Part shown: piece by piece, positions 37,320 to 49,939 of the stretch
Numbering within the stretch: position 1 is the first letter of the stretch
Layout of the letters: every line of letters begins with the position of its first letter
DNA from: Podarcis vaucheri
Lineage: Eukaryota
Assembly: GCA_965113315.1 (NCBI GenBank)
Contig: OZ220372.1
Length of the DNA: 64,000 nt
Direction: 5' to 3' (one strand)
Position numbers and translations under genes: made by a program
Notes under the pieces: model-generated
Databases searched by the model: none
What the model saw: the letters and a program-made list of their open reading frames with translations, nothing else
What the model was told of the DNA's origin: nothing

Positions 37320-37822
37320 AAAATCGTCTTAAGAATTAGGGTTTTTTTGTTGTTTTTCTATTTTACTTCATGTCTCTACTTGTAATTTAAGTTGTATTGT
37401 TTAAAACCTGTTAATTGTGCATCTGATAGGATTGGAAAGTGGGCTGAAAGGCAGTCTAAATAAATACACAAACACAAAACTCCATCTATTATTTATTTTC
37501 AACACTTCATGCCAGTAAAACAGATTTACAAGTTCCTTAAAACCATCAAAATGTAAGAGATGTACAGAACATGAAAAATGGCACAAATAAACACAATGGA
37601 AAAACTTTAACAGAACTACTTGGTTTGGTGTGGCCAAAAAAATGGACAAAATAATAAATGGATTTTTGTGTTTGTGTATTTATTTAGACTGCCTTTCAGC
37701 CCACTTTCCAATCCTATCAGATTCACAATTAACAGGTTTTAAACAATACAACTTAAATTACAAGTAGAGACATTAAGTAAAATAGAAAAACAACAAAAAA
37801 CCCTAATTCTTAAGACAATTTT
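37320..37822. repeat. Long inverted repeat, arms about 37320-37494 and 37649-37822
   Basis: Arms are reverse complements with about 6 differences over 175 bp; spacer about 154 bp. Confidence 0.95.
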
Positions 37823-38520
37823 GAAGCTTAGGGGCCATCACCAAAAAGGCCCATTCTGTCTGTAGGATCCAAGAAGGTACTTATACCCATCTCTTAGTGA
37901 TTAGGAAGTTTCCTATGGAAGAAGGAACTCAAATATCCTTGACCTAGACAATTAAGGGTTTAGAAGCAAGTGGTAGCAGTATGAATATAGCTCAGGAGCA
38001 AATCTGCAGCAGCTGAAGTTAACAGAGAACAGTGGCATAGCTAATCCCAAATACTAGTTTAGTTGCCATGTTTTGGAGCAAGTGGTTTCCTGGCAGCTTT
38101 CAACGAGAGCCCCATATAGACTGAATTGTAGTACTCCAGATTAGAGGCTACCAGGCTATGCACCCTGATATTAGGTGCTTCTTTTCCAGGAAGGTAATGA
38201 TTAAAGAATCAGCCAAAACCAACAGAACTTCCTTCTTGGCCACAGCTCCAATCTGGGCATCCAGGAGAAGGTCCAGACCCAGGAATAGTCCAAACATTCT
38301 CTTTGGATTGGAGGGGACAAACAGACATTCCCATCACCAGAGCCACAGCTGCCCACCATGAACAACCCAACCAGTGGTTTCATGTAAATATTAAGACAAA
38401 GCTGGAGACAGCATCTCCCTCGAAAATGAGCTCCAGCAGGGGGACCCATGGTTTTCAGTCTTGCATACCAAGACTAGCTCTAGTTCATGTGGAAGGCAAA
38501 CAGCAAGCAGCTCCACTCAC

Positions 38521-38617
38521 TTCGTAGCCATACTGCAGAACTGAAGAGGCAAGGAAAGCTCCAAAAATGTTGCCCACCGAGGCACAAGCACTCCAGAGAC
38601 CAAACACAAGCCCCCTC
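38521..38617 (-). CDS. SLC37A3: SLC37A3 exon 7
   Basis: RGLVFGLWSACASVGNIFGAFLASSVLQYGYE, 97 nt. Confidence 0.97.
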
Positions 38618-39079
38618 CTGAGTGTCCAAGAGAGAAAGAAAAAAATGGTTAACTGCTGAAAATGAAGACAGAGAAGAGTCCAATTTATAAGGCTCACCCA
38701 GTGAAATGCTCCTCTCCACACTCCCTTAACAGACTTTGCATGCATGGTTAAGCCTTCACGGGTCTGTCCACTTCATTGGGAATACCAACATTGCTAGCAG
38801 AGAGATGCACTGTGTGTGTCACCCAATCATTCTTGGATTCCAGGCTTCCTAGAAATACTGGCCCAAGAGGTCTGTTTTCAGTGAACTGGGCACTTCACCC
38901 AATGCTGCACACCAGAGATAATGCTGCCATTTAACCCTTGTCTCTACTTACAATGAAAATTAAGGCAAACCAAGAGCGTCTAACAAAACAAATGATTCTA
39001 TTTACACAGAAACTTGAGGAAGATTCAGAAATTACCTCAGGACTGCAGCTCATGCAAACACATATTATTTATATATGTA

Positions 39080-39299
39080 CAGTGGTACCTCGGGTTACAT
39101 ACGCTTCAGGTTATAGGCGCTTCAGGTTACAGACTCCGTTAACCCAGAAATAGTACCTTGGGTTAAGAACTTTGCTTCAGGATGAGAACAGAAATCGTGC
39201 TCCGGCGGCACAGCTAAAGTGGTGCTTCAGGTTAAGAACAGTTTCAGGTTAAGAACGGACCTCCGGAACGAATTAAGTACTTAACCCGAGGTACCACTG
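39080..39299. mobile_element. Tc1/mariner MITE, family A
   Basis: TIRs and TA TSD; opposite orientation to the 10422 copy. Confidence 0.9.
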
Positions 39300-39562
39300 T
39301 ATATGTGTATTTATTCATTAGTGTTTTTGTTAAGTTTGAAGATCTACTCCAGTGCATATCACAGGGATGGGGAACCTGTGCCCCCCCCAAGTTGTTGGAC
39401 TCAAACTCCCATGAGCCCTTGCCAGCATGGCCAATGGCTAAGGATGGTGGGAACTGTAGTTCAGCAACATCTGAGAGCACCACAGGTACATTGCAAAATG
39501 CACACACAGAGGAGAGACAAGGCACAAATGAATAGGAAGTGACTGAGGAGGAACAAACATAC

Positions 39563-39708
39563 CCGGCTTTGCCAAACCAGTTTCCCATGACAGCTACGAC
39601 ACAGGGCCAGCCAGTTGACTGCAGCAAGCCGTTCACAATCCACAGGAAGCAATAGAACCACTTGTTGTAGAAATGCAGCCATTCAGTGACAGTGCCAAAA
39701 AGAAACAC
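39563..39708 (-). CDS. SLC37A3: SLC37A3 exon 6
   Basis: VFLFGTVTEWLHFYNKWFYCFLWIVNGLLQSTGWPCVVAVMGNWFGKAG (SLC37/GlpT-type signature), 146 nt. Confidence 0.97.
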
Positions 39709-40606
39709 CTGGGAGGAAAGAAGGTGACGCGGTTAACAGCAAGGTGAAAGCAGCCTTGCAAATAAGCCTACAAAACTCACTGGCCCACTGCGTTAATCAC
39801 TTGTGACCTAAAAGAAAAGAAGTAGCAACACTTCTGTAAAATATTTCCCTGATTAGGATCACCTGGAGCTGATCCTTGCTCACTATAGGAGACAAAGCAA
39901 AGAGAGCACTAATTTACAAGGCCGTGGGTTAAGAGAATAGACGTTTTGGGGCTGCTAAAAGACAATGGAAGGTGGAAGAAATGAACCAGTTTAAAAGGAG
40001 GAATGTCGAGGACAAAGAGAACCACACAGGTGAGCCACACAGACCTAGTAGGTCAAAATCAATCTAGGCTGCATTCAGAAGGAAGGTAAACCTAATTACT
40101 AAGGCTGAAAACAAGTAATTCCAGCCAATTATTTCTAGATGCTATAATAACCCGGTGCTTCCCAATCTCTTGACTGAATTACCAACTAAGACCTGAAGCA
40201 TACAGACGTGTGCAAGCAATGGAACTGAGATCCCAGTTGAACCAGCTTAATTTGGAAAGGCCAAAAAAGATCTCACTGCAGAGTGGGTTTGCAAAAGCCT
40301 GCATGAACAATATGCACTGCAGTCAGGTTTCATGTCTTTTCTTTACTAGCTTGGTTGTGCTTAACCAGCTGAAGCCTTGCAGTATCTGAACATGTGCAGT
40401 ACTGAGGATTTTTTCATGAATCTAACAACTCCCCTTGGCCAGAGGATACAAATTTACCATACACAAAATCAAAAGATGCTGAAAACCCTAGACTCCTCAT
40501 TGCCTCAGGAATAAGTCTGACTACAATGAAATTTTCCATGTCAAAAACCAAGTATTGTAGGAACTGCACATCTCTTCCCAGCTTGAGCTGAGATTTCCCA
40601 GCTTAC

Positions 40607-40690
40607 CACGACTGCAGAGGAACACATGCCGAATGACAGGACCCAGCGCATATTCAGACGATCCCCAACAATACCACTGATAAAAAGACC
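40607..40690 (-). CDS. SLC37A3: SLC37A3 exon 5
   Basis: GLFISGIVGDRLNMRWVLSFGMCSSAVV (MFS motif A), 84 nt. Confidence 0.96.
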
Positions 40691-41275
40691 CTTAAAAAAG
40701 AGAGGAAAATATTACCATTTAACAATATGATGTAGTCTTTGAACTATGAATGCTTTCAACACAGTAGGCTTCAAGGTATCACACTATTCTTTGTGGTTTG
40801 CATTCTAGAAGAGGCTATAATGTATTCTAGAATTCTATATTGTATTCTAGAAGAGTTCAAACCTCTGAAGGGCACCAAGTTAGGGAAGGCAGGAATTCAT
40901 CCATGCCCTGGCTTCTGCAAAGCCACACAAGTATTTGGTGGATCCAGAGCTTAATTCACTGGGGAGGATTGTAGCTGGGTGGCGGAGCATCAGCCTTATC
41001 CATAGAATGTCCCAGCATCAACCCCGGCATCTTGAGGAAGGGCAGGTGGACTCCTGTCTGAAACCATGGCAGTCTACTGTCAGTCCACGTAGGCAATACT
41101 GAGTCAGATGGACTAAAGATGTCACTCGGTGTAAGGCAGCTTCCTAGGTTCTTAAGACCCTACAAACGTACACCCCCCCCACACACACACACCAGACCTG
41201 AGGGGGTTGTGATCTTCTTTCTCTCTCTCTTTTAGACAGGCTTTTAGAGTTTGACGGGGAAAAGGTTTCACTCAC

Positions 41276-41368
41276 CACAGCGTACGAGAACAGGAAGATG
41301 GTGTCCAAAGTTCCAAGGAAGAGTGTGGCTTTCCTAGTATCGGGAAATATATGGCTATTGTTCCAGAG
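41276..41368 (-). CDS. SLC37A3: SLC37A3 exon 4
   Basis: LWNNSHIFPDTRKATLFLGTLDTIFLFSYAV, 93 nt. Confidence 0.96.
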
Positions 41369-42465
41369 CTGCAGAGAGAAGCAAAAATCACCCCAAAATA
41401 GGGATCTCAAATGTGCTGATGGGATAACCGAGCCTAACACCAACTTAAAAGTGACCAGGGATAAGCAGCACGACTCGTCTTCAGTGCCCCAGCCTTCATC
41501 AGAATCACGAAGCAATCTCAGCACTGCAACACTGACTCCAACCACTACAGGTCAGTCCCTTTTGCACTTTGGATAAAGATGTTAATGTTTTTATTCCTAA
41601 GGGCTCTACTGAAGAGGTCCTACACTGTCTTACTTTTCAAAGTACGAACACACCCCACCTGGAATTACCCAGAAAGGGCTGCTTCACATCTGACACTTAC
41701 TCTTAACTTCGACTGGTTGGCAGACCCCAGATCTGCGCCGTGTCCTGATGTTAAACAACTTTTTACTTTGAACACAACTTTTTGAATGTAACCATCAGCT
41801 CTTTGGGGGCATGGGGCACATATGCAAACTGGAGAAGCTACTGCAGACACTATGCATGCAAAGCAGCCATATGCATGTACACAATACAATGCACACTCTC
41901 TCCCCCCCTCCATACCAGTAATTAAAATGGGGGGGGGGTTGGGATCCCCCCTACGCCTACTGTGTGGGCTGAGAGATCAGCTTTTCTCCCCACCTGAAAT
42001 CTGTAGGAAGACACACATACACACTGCAACCATTAGGCTTGGGGGGAAGCACTTATTTCAAGATGAACTTAACCAGGGAGCATGGAAACAGGAAGGGGCT
42101 TTTAAGGCACAATGGAAGCTCTCTGTGGGCACATCTCTGCCCAGAGGCACCATGTTTGTGGCCCTTACTGTGCCATTACAAACAAAACAATGTGCAATGA
42201 CAGATTATATTGCTGCTTCCAAGTGACAACTTGCAAACAGCCAAGCCATTTTCCATATGGTTATCTGGAGCACAAATCTCTAAAAGCAAGGGATACATTA
42301 GTCTTCTGACGCTACCTAAAGGCATAAATCAAGAGTGCTGATGATTGTATTGTTACACCACACACACAGCCTTTTGAAAGGACTAAGGGACAAGGGTATA
42401 GGTTAAGTGTGGAGTTGTGTGTACTTGCCCTGAATCAGAAAGGGAGGCAACCTGAGCTACTGCAT

Positions 42466-42717
42466 GCCAGTGTGCTGTAGTGGTTAAGAGCGGTAGATTC
42501 GTAATCTGGGGAACTGGGTTCGCGTCTCCGCTCCTCCACATGCAGCTGCTGGGTGACCTTGGGCCAGTCACACTTCTGTGAAGTCTCTCAGCCCCACTCA
42601 CTTCACAGAGTGTTTGTTGTGAGGGAGGAAGGGAAAGGAGAATGTTAGCCGCTTTGAGACTCCTCCGGGTAGTGATAAAGCGGGATATCAAATCCAAACT
42701 CTTCTTCTTCTTCTTCT
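42466..42717 (+). mobile_element. tRNA-derived CORE-type SINE (Squam3-like)
   Basis: A/B boxes (TGTAGTGGTTAAGAGC, GGTTCG), CORE-like GTGACCTTGGGCCAGTCAC, (CTT)n tail. Confidence 0.8.
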
Positions 42718-43962
42718 ACTCAAGAATCACTGAATGCAATTGCCTTACCCCAGAGTAAGAATGCAGAGGATCACAGCCTTATGGCAACTTGCAGACAGCC
42801 AACTTTAGTTTTATGTCAAGTTAGGTATGGCCAACTGTTGGCCCCTAAGTAAAATCTAGGCCCCCCAAGCAATTTGATCTGGTTCTTGGCAGCCCGACTC
42901 ACTTCTATTATAAGCACGCTAAAAATGTTCCCCAACCATTTCTTGTGCATGGAAGAGAAAAATGTCTCCCTCCACCTTGTAAGCAAAGGGGCGATTCCAC
43001 TGTGTTAATCCTCCTTTTATAGATTTTGTTATGTGGCACCCAAGCTATTCCTGAGCACTTGTTCTCCACAGCTCCGACACCATGACTGGCAGACCGTACT
43101 TGCCCGCTTCTGAGAAAGGAGCCCGTTTGGGTGGCAAAATACACATCTGCCACTGTCTCACTCACAGTCTGGAGGAAAGGGAGCAACCCAAGAATACAGA
43201 AGCTGGCACAAAAAAATTATAGTGCTATCCTATTCAGGTTTATCTGGAGGCAAGTCCCACCCATTTCTATAGGATCTTCCTTTAGAGCCATTGCTGCTGC
43301 AGCTGCTAAAGGACGACAGTCATTTGCCTCTCTTGCTTCCATTAAAGGAAAATTCCAGGCGTTACAGAGCTGGGTGAAATCTTAGAAAGCCTAGAGTGCT
43401 GAAAAAGAGAACGTCACATTGTCTCCCTTTCCCTTGCTTTTGGCGGTTTGGATGAACACATCCAACACTGGCCAAAGTCAATATTTAATGGAGTCAAGAT
43501 TACCTACGTCAGAAATCTTGTGCATTCTGCTTATTGAGAAACCAGGCTGAACTCACACAAGCAGGAGAGAGCAAAGTGTGCCCCCCCGCCATTCTTTCAC
43601 ATCACTGCTCCTATACAGATGTCACGTGGGACACAATGCAGTGAAATCAGCCCCATGGAACCTTCCTCCAATAGATCACTCTCCTGCGACAACAGGATGT
43701 AGTGCTTGGGTGGTACCCAAAGAAAGCACAGGTGATTTGTTTTGGCTCCCACAATGGAGAAGGGAGCTTCCCCTTCCAGGTGACCAATTTTGTGAGATGA
43801 GCTACCACTTCACAAGTAATAGCTGTTGGGCCCACCCCTCCCTGGTGGACAGAAAGGCATCCCTTTTGGGGGCAACCTGCAGACCTGTAATATGAATTTT
43901 ATGTCCTAGGTTAGCCCTATTCAAACTAAACCCATTGAAATGGATGGCTATGACTAACTTAC

Positions 43963-44077
43963 CTCATTTGGCTGGAGGCTGGGGGAGGTGTTGTTATGGG
44001 GAAAGGGGGTCCACTGGTTGGATATGCTGACCTTGACATTGCTAAACGTCTTCCGGGAGGCATGGAGCAAAGAGTAG
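43963..44077 (-). CDS. SLC37A3: SLC37A3 exon 3
   Basis: SYSLLHASRKTFSNVKVSISNQWTPFPHNNTSPSLQPNE, 115 nt, phase-2 acceptor. Confidence 0.96.
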
Positions 44078-45064
44078 CTGGGAAAATTAAGGGGGTGGGG
44101 AGGAAGGGAGAGAGAGAAAGAAGGAATATCACACACAGGTTACTTTCTCATACCTACAAGAATTGCTATCTGATTTCCTGAGAGGTGCTGCCCTTGTCAC
44201 TTCCAAAGAACTTTTGGAGCTTGCCATTTTTTGTGGCAACTGGTTGTCATTTATTCTGGTGGTATCCTTACACGGGGAGCTGCCCAGGCATTCAATGATT
44301 TCGGATGGTGGATGTAAGATGCTCACATTAGTAGTCATAGGACCCTTGATTTGCGAGGCCTCCTCCGGAAGATGTTCTGTCTGGCGGAAACCTAGTCCCT
44401 CCTCATCTACATATCTCATTTTAGTCCAAAAGCCCGGAGATCTCTCCTTGGGGGTGGTTTTCCTTTTAGGGGGCGATATACTGCCCTCCCTTATGTGTTG
44501 TGCTTTCATAATTAAAGGCAGGTTTATCTCTGCCTTTACCTGAAGGGTATGTGGACGACAATCTGCTGAGTTATATTCCTGTGTAGGGATCATTTTGGAT
44601 GAAATCTGGCCCTCCCTTGTCACTGGCAAGTACAATATTGGTTAGAGTGGGGAAGGATTTTAAAAGCTGGTCTTGGGAAAACCGCTTTTTGCATGTACAT
44701 TGTAGAAGAACAGAACCTCCCAAAAGCCAAACCAGAAACTAAAATGAATAGAAGAGGAGTTGGGGCAGGGGATTGGGAACCTGTAGCACTCCTGCTATTA
44801 TTAAGAGTACTACTCCCATTGCCCCAACCAGCATAGTCAGTGGTCAAGAATACAGGAGTTGTAGCCCAGCAACTTCTAGAGGGCCACTAGTTTCTCACCA
44901 CAGGCAACGAGGAGAACACGTGTTCAAGAATAGGAACACCCAAGCAAATATCAAGCATCTCTATCCAGAATCAGCGTCTTAACTGTCTCTCCACCTTCAA
45001 CTTGCTCAACCGTCCACAAACCCCACAAAATGGCTATTGTACAGACTCAGTTGCAACAACCTAC

Positions 45065-45159
45065 CTGAAGAACGTGAGCAGGAACACGGCGACATGATGG
45101 TGTGTGCACTGCGACGTGAGGGTCCTGTTTGCAGGCGGCCTCCTCCGAACCCCAGGCAT
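45065..45159 (-). CDS. SLC37A3: SLC37A3 first coding exon (exon 2); sugar phosphate exchanger 3, 508 aa in total
   Basis: ATG at 45159 (A at -3): MPGVRRRPPANRTLTSQCTHHHVAVFLLTFFS; donor AG|gtag; likely acceptor at 45248. Confidence 0.92.
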
Positions 45160-46886
45160 AGTTCTCCTTCCGGCTTCCCCAACTCCCCTCCCCAACCCCC
45201 TTTCGCCCTTTCAGGGTAGAACGTAGATTAGGTCATTTCTCTTCTCCCTTAATAATAAAAAAGAGGAAAAAGTAAGCAAAGGCAACATAATCAAAATCAT
45301 TTTATTATTGCAATCCTCAGAGTCTTTGGACATTCCCAGAGTTGGATGGTCTGGTTTGTTTGACAATGAGAAATCAAACCTTTTGTGTTATCGGCCCATT
45401 CCGCCAATAGATATTCAATAGGCGCCTTTTGTGCCAATTTCTACTGAAAACTTTTCTGTTCTGACAGGCCTTTGCAGGCAATTAAGAATACATTCCCCGC
45501 AATGGTCTACTGCTGTTTGTTTCCAATTTCTTTTTGCATTTAACTCGCTTTTAACTTTTTGTGATTTGATTGTCGGTTTTATGTTTCCATTTTGTTGTAA
45601 ATCAACGTGAGGGTTTTTTTATGATGCAGTGTCATATAAACTGTTTTATGAGTAAAATTAAAAAGTTTCATAGAACTCAGTGGAATTTACTTATGAGAAA
45701 ACTGGCTTAGAAAATTATTATTTTTCCCATTGATGAGTCCCCTTACACACAGGAGTGTGTCCAAATAACTCGCAAAATTTTAAGTGCATAAAGCATAATG
45801 AAAAACAGGAAAATACAATAAAAATCATGCATATAACAGATGCAATAAAATAGAATAGCAGAGAAAATAACAGCAATAGACAGCAAAATCATCATAACCC
45901 ATCAAATGCCTGGAAGAAGTTTTCATCTGGCACCAAGAGAATGTTAATTGATGGTGCTACATGGATCTTACAAGGGAGAGCATTCCACAAGCAGGGAAAC
46001 ACAACTGTAAAGGCCCTGTCTCTTGCTGCAACCCTTAGAACCATAGAATTGTAGAGTTGGAAGGGACCCTAAGTGTCATCTAGTGCAATGCCGGAATCTC
46101 AAGTAAAGGAACCCGGAGGGCAGCCTCAAAAGAAGATTAAAAAATCTGGGTAGTTTCATATAGGGAGAGGCACTCTGAAAGATTAATGAACTTAGGGTCC
46201 TGTCCCACCACTATAAGAGGCCAATTACATTTATGTATATCTGTGTGAAAGCAATGGACTCATTAGTAATATGTCTTTCCCAAGACCTGCCACCCCGAGT
46301 CTCAAGATCCGCCCGAAAGTCCTAGTGCAAGATGGCGATATGAGACAAGGCATGGTTGGTAGCTGTGCTCTGTTTATGGAGCTCCCCCCCACTTGAGATA
46401 CTAGCTATTTCTACACAAGAGATGTAAACTTATTTGGCTTTGGAATCCGACATCGAGGCTGGTTAGAGTAAAGGCTTTGTACTGCTGTTTTTATACTGGA
46501 TGAGTGAATTTCTTTATAGTTTATATTACTGATTATAAGAAGGGCAGAGTATAAAAACTCTGAAATAAATGCAGCCACAATACCGAAGCAGAGCACACAG
46601 GAGCGCTGGCCCACGTCCTCTACTGTGTTTCGGAAAGCAAGCAGATGCAACTAGCCCCGTCCAGGCATTCTGCTCAAATGTGTAACTCAGATAAGGATGA
46701 GTGCACTGTCCCACTGCCATCCCCATTACATTCCAATTCTTAGAGGCTGAAGGTTTGAAGCAGGAAGATTCAAGAACTCATGGAGGCTCTGGACAGGCAG
46801 GGCTCTAAATCATGCAGGGAATCCCCATGAGTATAGGAGGCTCCCCCAATCAGAAGCACCTTCCATGATCTTGAGGACAACAGAGG

Positions 46887-47446
46887 AGGGTGGATTTGAT
46901 TTAAATTTAAATCACTAGTCAGTAAGACTTGATTTAAATCATTTTTTTAAACAGACTCAATTTTGCTGGTATAAACTTAATATTTACAACCAGATGAAGG
47001 TTTCATTTTTTGGCATAATAAATTTTCAGAGACAATTTTGGTTATACTATTAGAAATACATAGATAATTATGAAATTATTGTGAGGTTTAATAAGTCAAC
47101 TGTTGATAATCATTTCCTTAATAACAATTTAAACAATTTATTTAACTAAAACAATAGCATTATAGCACATGTATCCATGTTTGTTAACTGATGTGGTTAA
47201 ACTTTTTTTAAAAAAAACTTAGACTGAGTTTTAGCACACATGAAAAACTTAAAACAAATCCTTATTTCCTGATGAATAGCCTTTGGACGATAATATAACT
47301 TAAATAGAAAACTATCTTTTGAAATATTTTTCCTCCAAAAGCATTTTATTTTAAAAATCCGATTTAAATAAAAAAATCCGATTTAAATTTTAAAAAATCC
47401 ATTTAATTTTTTTTAAAAAAAATAATTATTGATTTTTATCCACCCT
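46887..47446. mobile_element. AT-rich non-autonomous DNA transposon (hAT-like)
   Basis: Termini AGGGTGGAT / ATCCACCCT with repeated subterminal GATTTAAAT motifs. Confidence 0.7.
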
Positions 47447-48239
47447 TGTCCCCACTCTCTCTTTTGCATGTATGTTGTACTGTACACAGAAACAGAACTC
47501 CCAAATAGGGCTACATCTGTGTCTCTGGCTACAGATTACATTCACTGCTTGAGACACAGGAGCTTCAAAACCACCCACTGCCCTATGGCTGGAGTCTCCT
47601 AGAGAGAGACAGACAGGGAGAAAGCTGGAGGAGGCAACTGCTATTTGTCTAGGCTTATCTTATCTGTCCTTTAGTTGGCTATTTTTTCCTAGAAGTTGGG
47701 AGGGGGAGAAGGAAAATGAGCTGCTAGGAAGAGATCTTCGAGGAGATAAGACACAGACTGCCCCCGGATCTGTGGCCCTCCAGGTGTTGGATTACATCGC
47801 CCTCAGTGGTCAGAGATGATGGGGGTTGTAGTCCAGCAACATCTGGAAGGCCAAAGGTCAGCCACCTCTGCCTTAGGCAAACTACTATTCTCTCAACCTC
47901 AGTGTGCCCCCTCAAATCACTAATCCGGAAATAACACAATCATCCTACCTTACAGAGCTCTTGTTAAAGATTCACCATCTTGCCCAATATTCTTAAGGAT
48001 TACTGAGGTGACATGTGCTATTCAGGTCTGAGCTACTCTTTAGGGCTATCATGGGACAAATCCAGAGCTTCTAAGCTTCCCTTCTTCTGAGCCAAGGGCC
48101 ATAAAGGAGAGAGAAAGAGCCTCAACAGATTGGGGTGGAGAAAGAAGGCTAAGCTTCTGAAGCATGGGCTATATAGTCACCACTAATTATAATGTGAAGG
48201 TTGGCTTCACTCTGAAAGATGGGGTGGTCCTTAGAAGAT

Positions 48240-48415
48240 CTATGGCTCAGTTGTAAAGCATATTCCTTACATACAGAAGGTCTCAGGTTCAGTTCTTGGC
48301 ATCTCCAGGTACAGCTGGGAGAGACCCCTGCCTGAGAGCTGCTGCCAGTTTGTGTAGACAATACTGAGCTAGATGGGCCAATGGTCTGATTGAGTTTGAT
48401 AGCTTCCTGTGTTCC
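48240..48415 (+). mobile_element. tRNA-derived SINE (Squam2-like); other copies near 11100-11200, 25105-25280, 40960-41145 and 63515-63700
   Basis: GCTCAGTTGTAAAGCAT...GGTTCAGTTCTTGGCATCTCCAGG...GACAATACTGAGCTAGATGG shared among copies. Confidence 0.75.
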
Positions 48416-49939
48416 TTCTCTTGCCAGTCAACAGAGCAACCTTGCTGAAATCAGTTCTACTCCAGTAACATTGACAGAAAAACTATAAAAGCAAAGAATA
48501 TCAAGGAGTTAGGTAGGACTGATTAAAGGAGTTCCATTTTGCTTCCTACTCACTTTGGCAGTAGGACGTTGTGGGAATTAACTAAATTTGACACAGGAGC
48601 ATTTGGAAACAACCAGCTAAGAGCAGTCAAGATGCAGAAGGCCTCAGCAGCTCTGGCGATCACAAAGCACTTACTGGGTTAGGCCTGGATTTTCTCAAGC
48701 ACAAAAAGCTTGCAGGAGGCAAAAATTCTGCCAGGAACGAACAGCTGAAGAATATCCCCTTCATTACTTATATGGAAAGCTACTGTATACTTTTCTGAGA
48801 ATTGTACAGCACCCAACATTATCAAACACAGATTCACATTTGCACAACTCCACTACAGCATGTTGCTCCACAGCCCATGAAAATTGGGAAGGGTTCATAA
48901 GAGCTTGAAGGTATTGCCTTCCATCTCATCAAATATTTATCCAGTAGATGCTCCCATGCAACTCATTTTTCCTCCTCCCTTCCAGAGCTTGCTGTAACCA
49001 TATTTCCATGTTATGGCTGCATCAAGGTTAACTGAGGTTAAAGCTAAGAGGATTGCTTCCAATCCATTAAGTAAAATAATGGTTTGGTACCAGCTTGCAA
49101 ACCAATGTCTCAGGTTGTCTTCACTGCAGTTAGCCCCCAATGCACAACTTAAGTATTAAATCCACAGCGTGGCATTACCTTTATTGGAAACTACCAAAAA
49201 GTTTTTTGGTTTTTTTTAAAAAAGGTACCATGTTCTTCGTCAGATAAAATACTACACAAGACAAGGGGTGACTGTGCATGGAAAAATAACAAAAGAACAA
49301 AACTATGGTTACAGCAAGCCGAAGAAGGGAGGCAGGAATTCATACAAAAGAGGGAAGTTGGCAGCAGGAAGGAACCACAAAGGCCTGCGGTGCACCTCTA
49401 ATCTCCACCTCCAATCTCCGTACTATTACTTGAACCAGATTGGTGCCGGCAAGTAGCTAATATCCCCCAAAATGATCCTGGTCCCATCTGGGAACAAATA
49501 TCTGATTGATAAGACTGACTGGACATGTCTTAAAGCACCCCAAGAATTAGCTGCCCCTTTTTGCCAGGAAATACTTGAGGTACTCTTGCTTCCTCGCCAC
49601 TCAAGAGCAGCAGCATTCCAAATAACAGAAAACATTCCCTTGAAATAAATGCCCAACACCAACCGAAACACTTGTAAATTGCTGGCGGGATTACAACCTG
49701 ACCAGGCTTAGGCTAAAAACCTCCTTTTGTCTGTTTAATTCGAGAATAAATACAGAAATCCCAGACTTGTTTACTTTCCTCCGGCTTTTAACTCACATGC
49801 CTCCAGAGCAGCATTCCCTCCTTAACCTTAGCATGCCTTGCAAACCTAGTCCCGACAAGGAAATAGGACTCCACCTGCTCAAACGGCTACGTGGCAGGAG
49901 GCTGCTGTTAAAAGGCAACCAGGGCCAGCACAACAAGCA

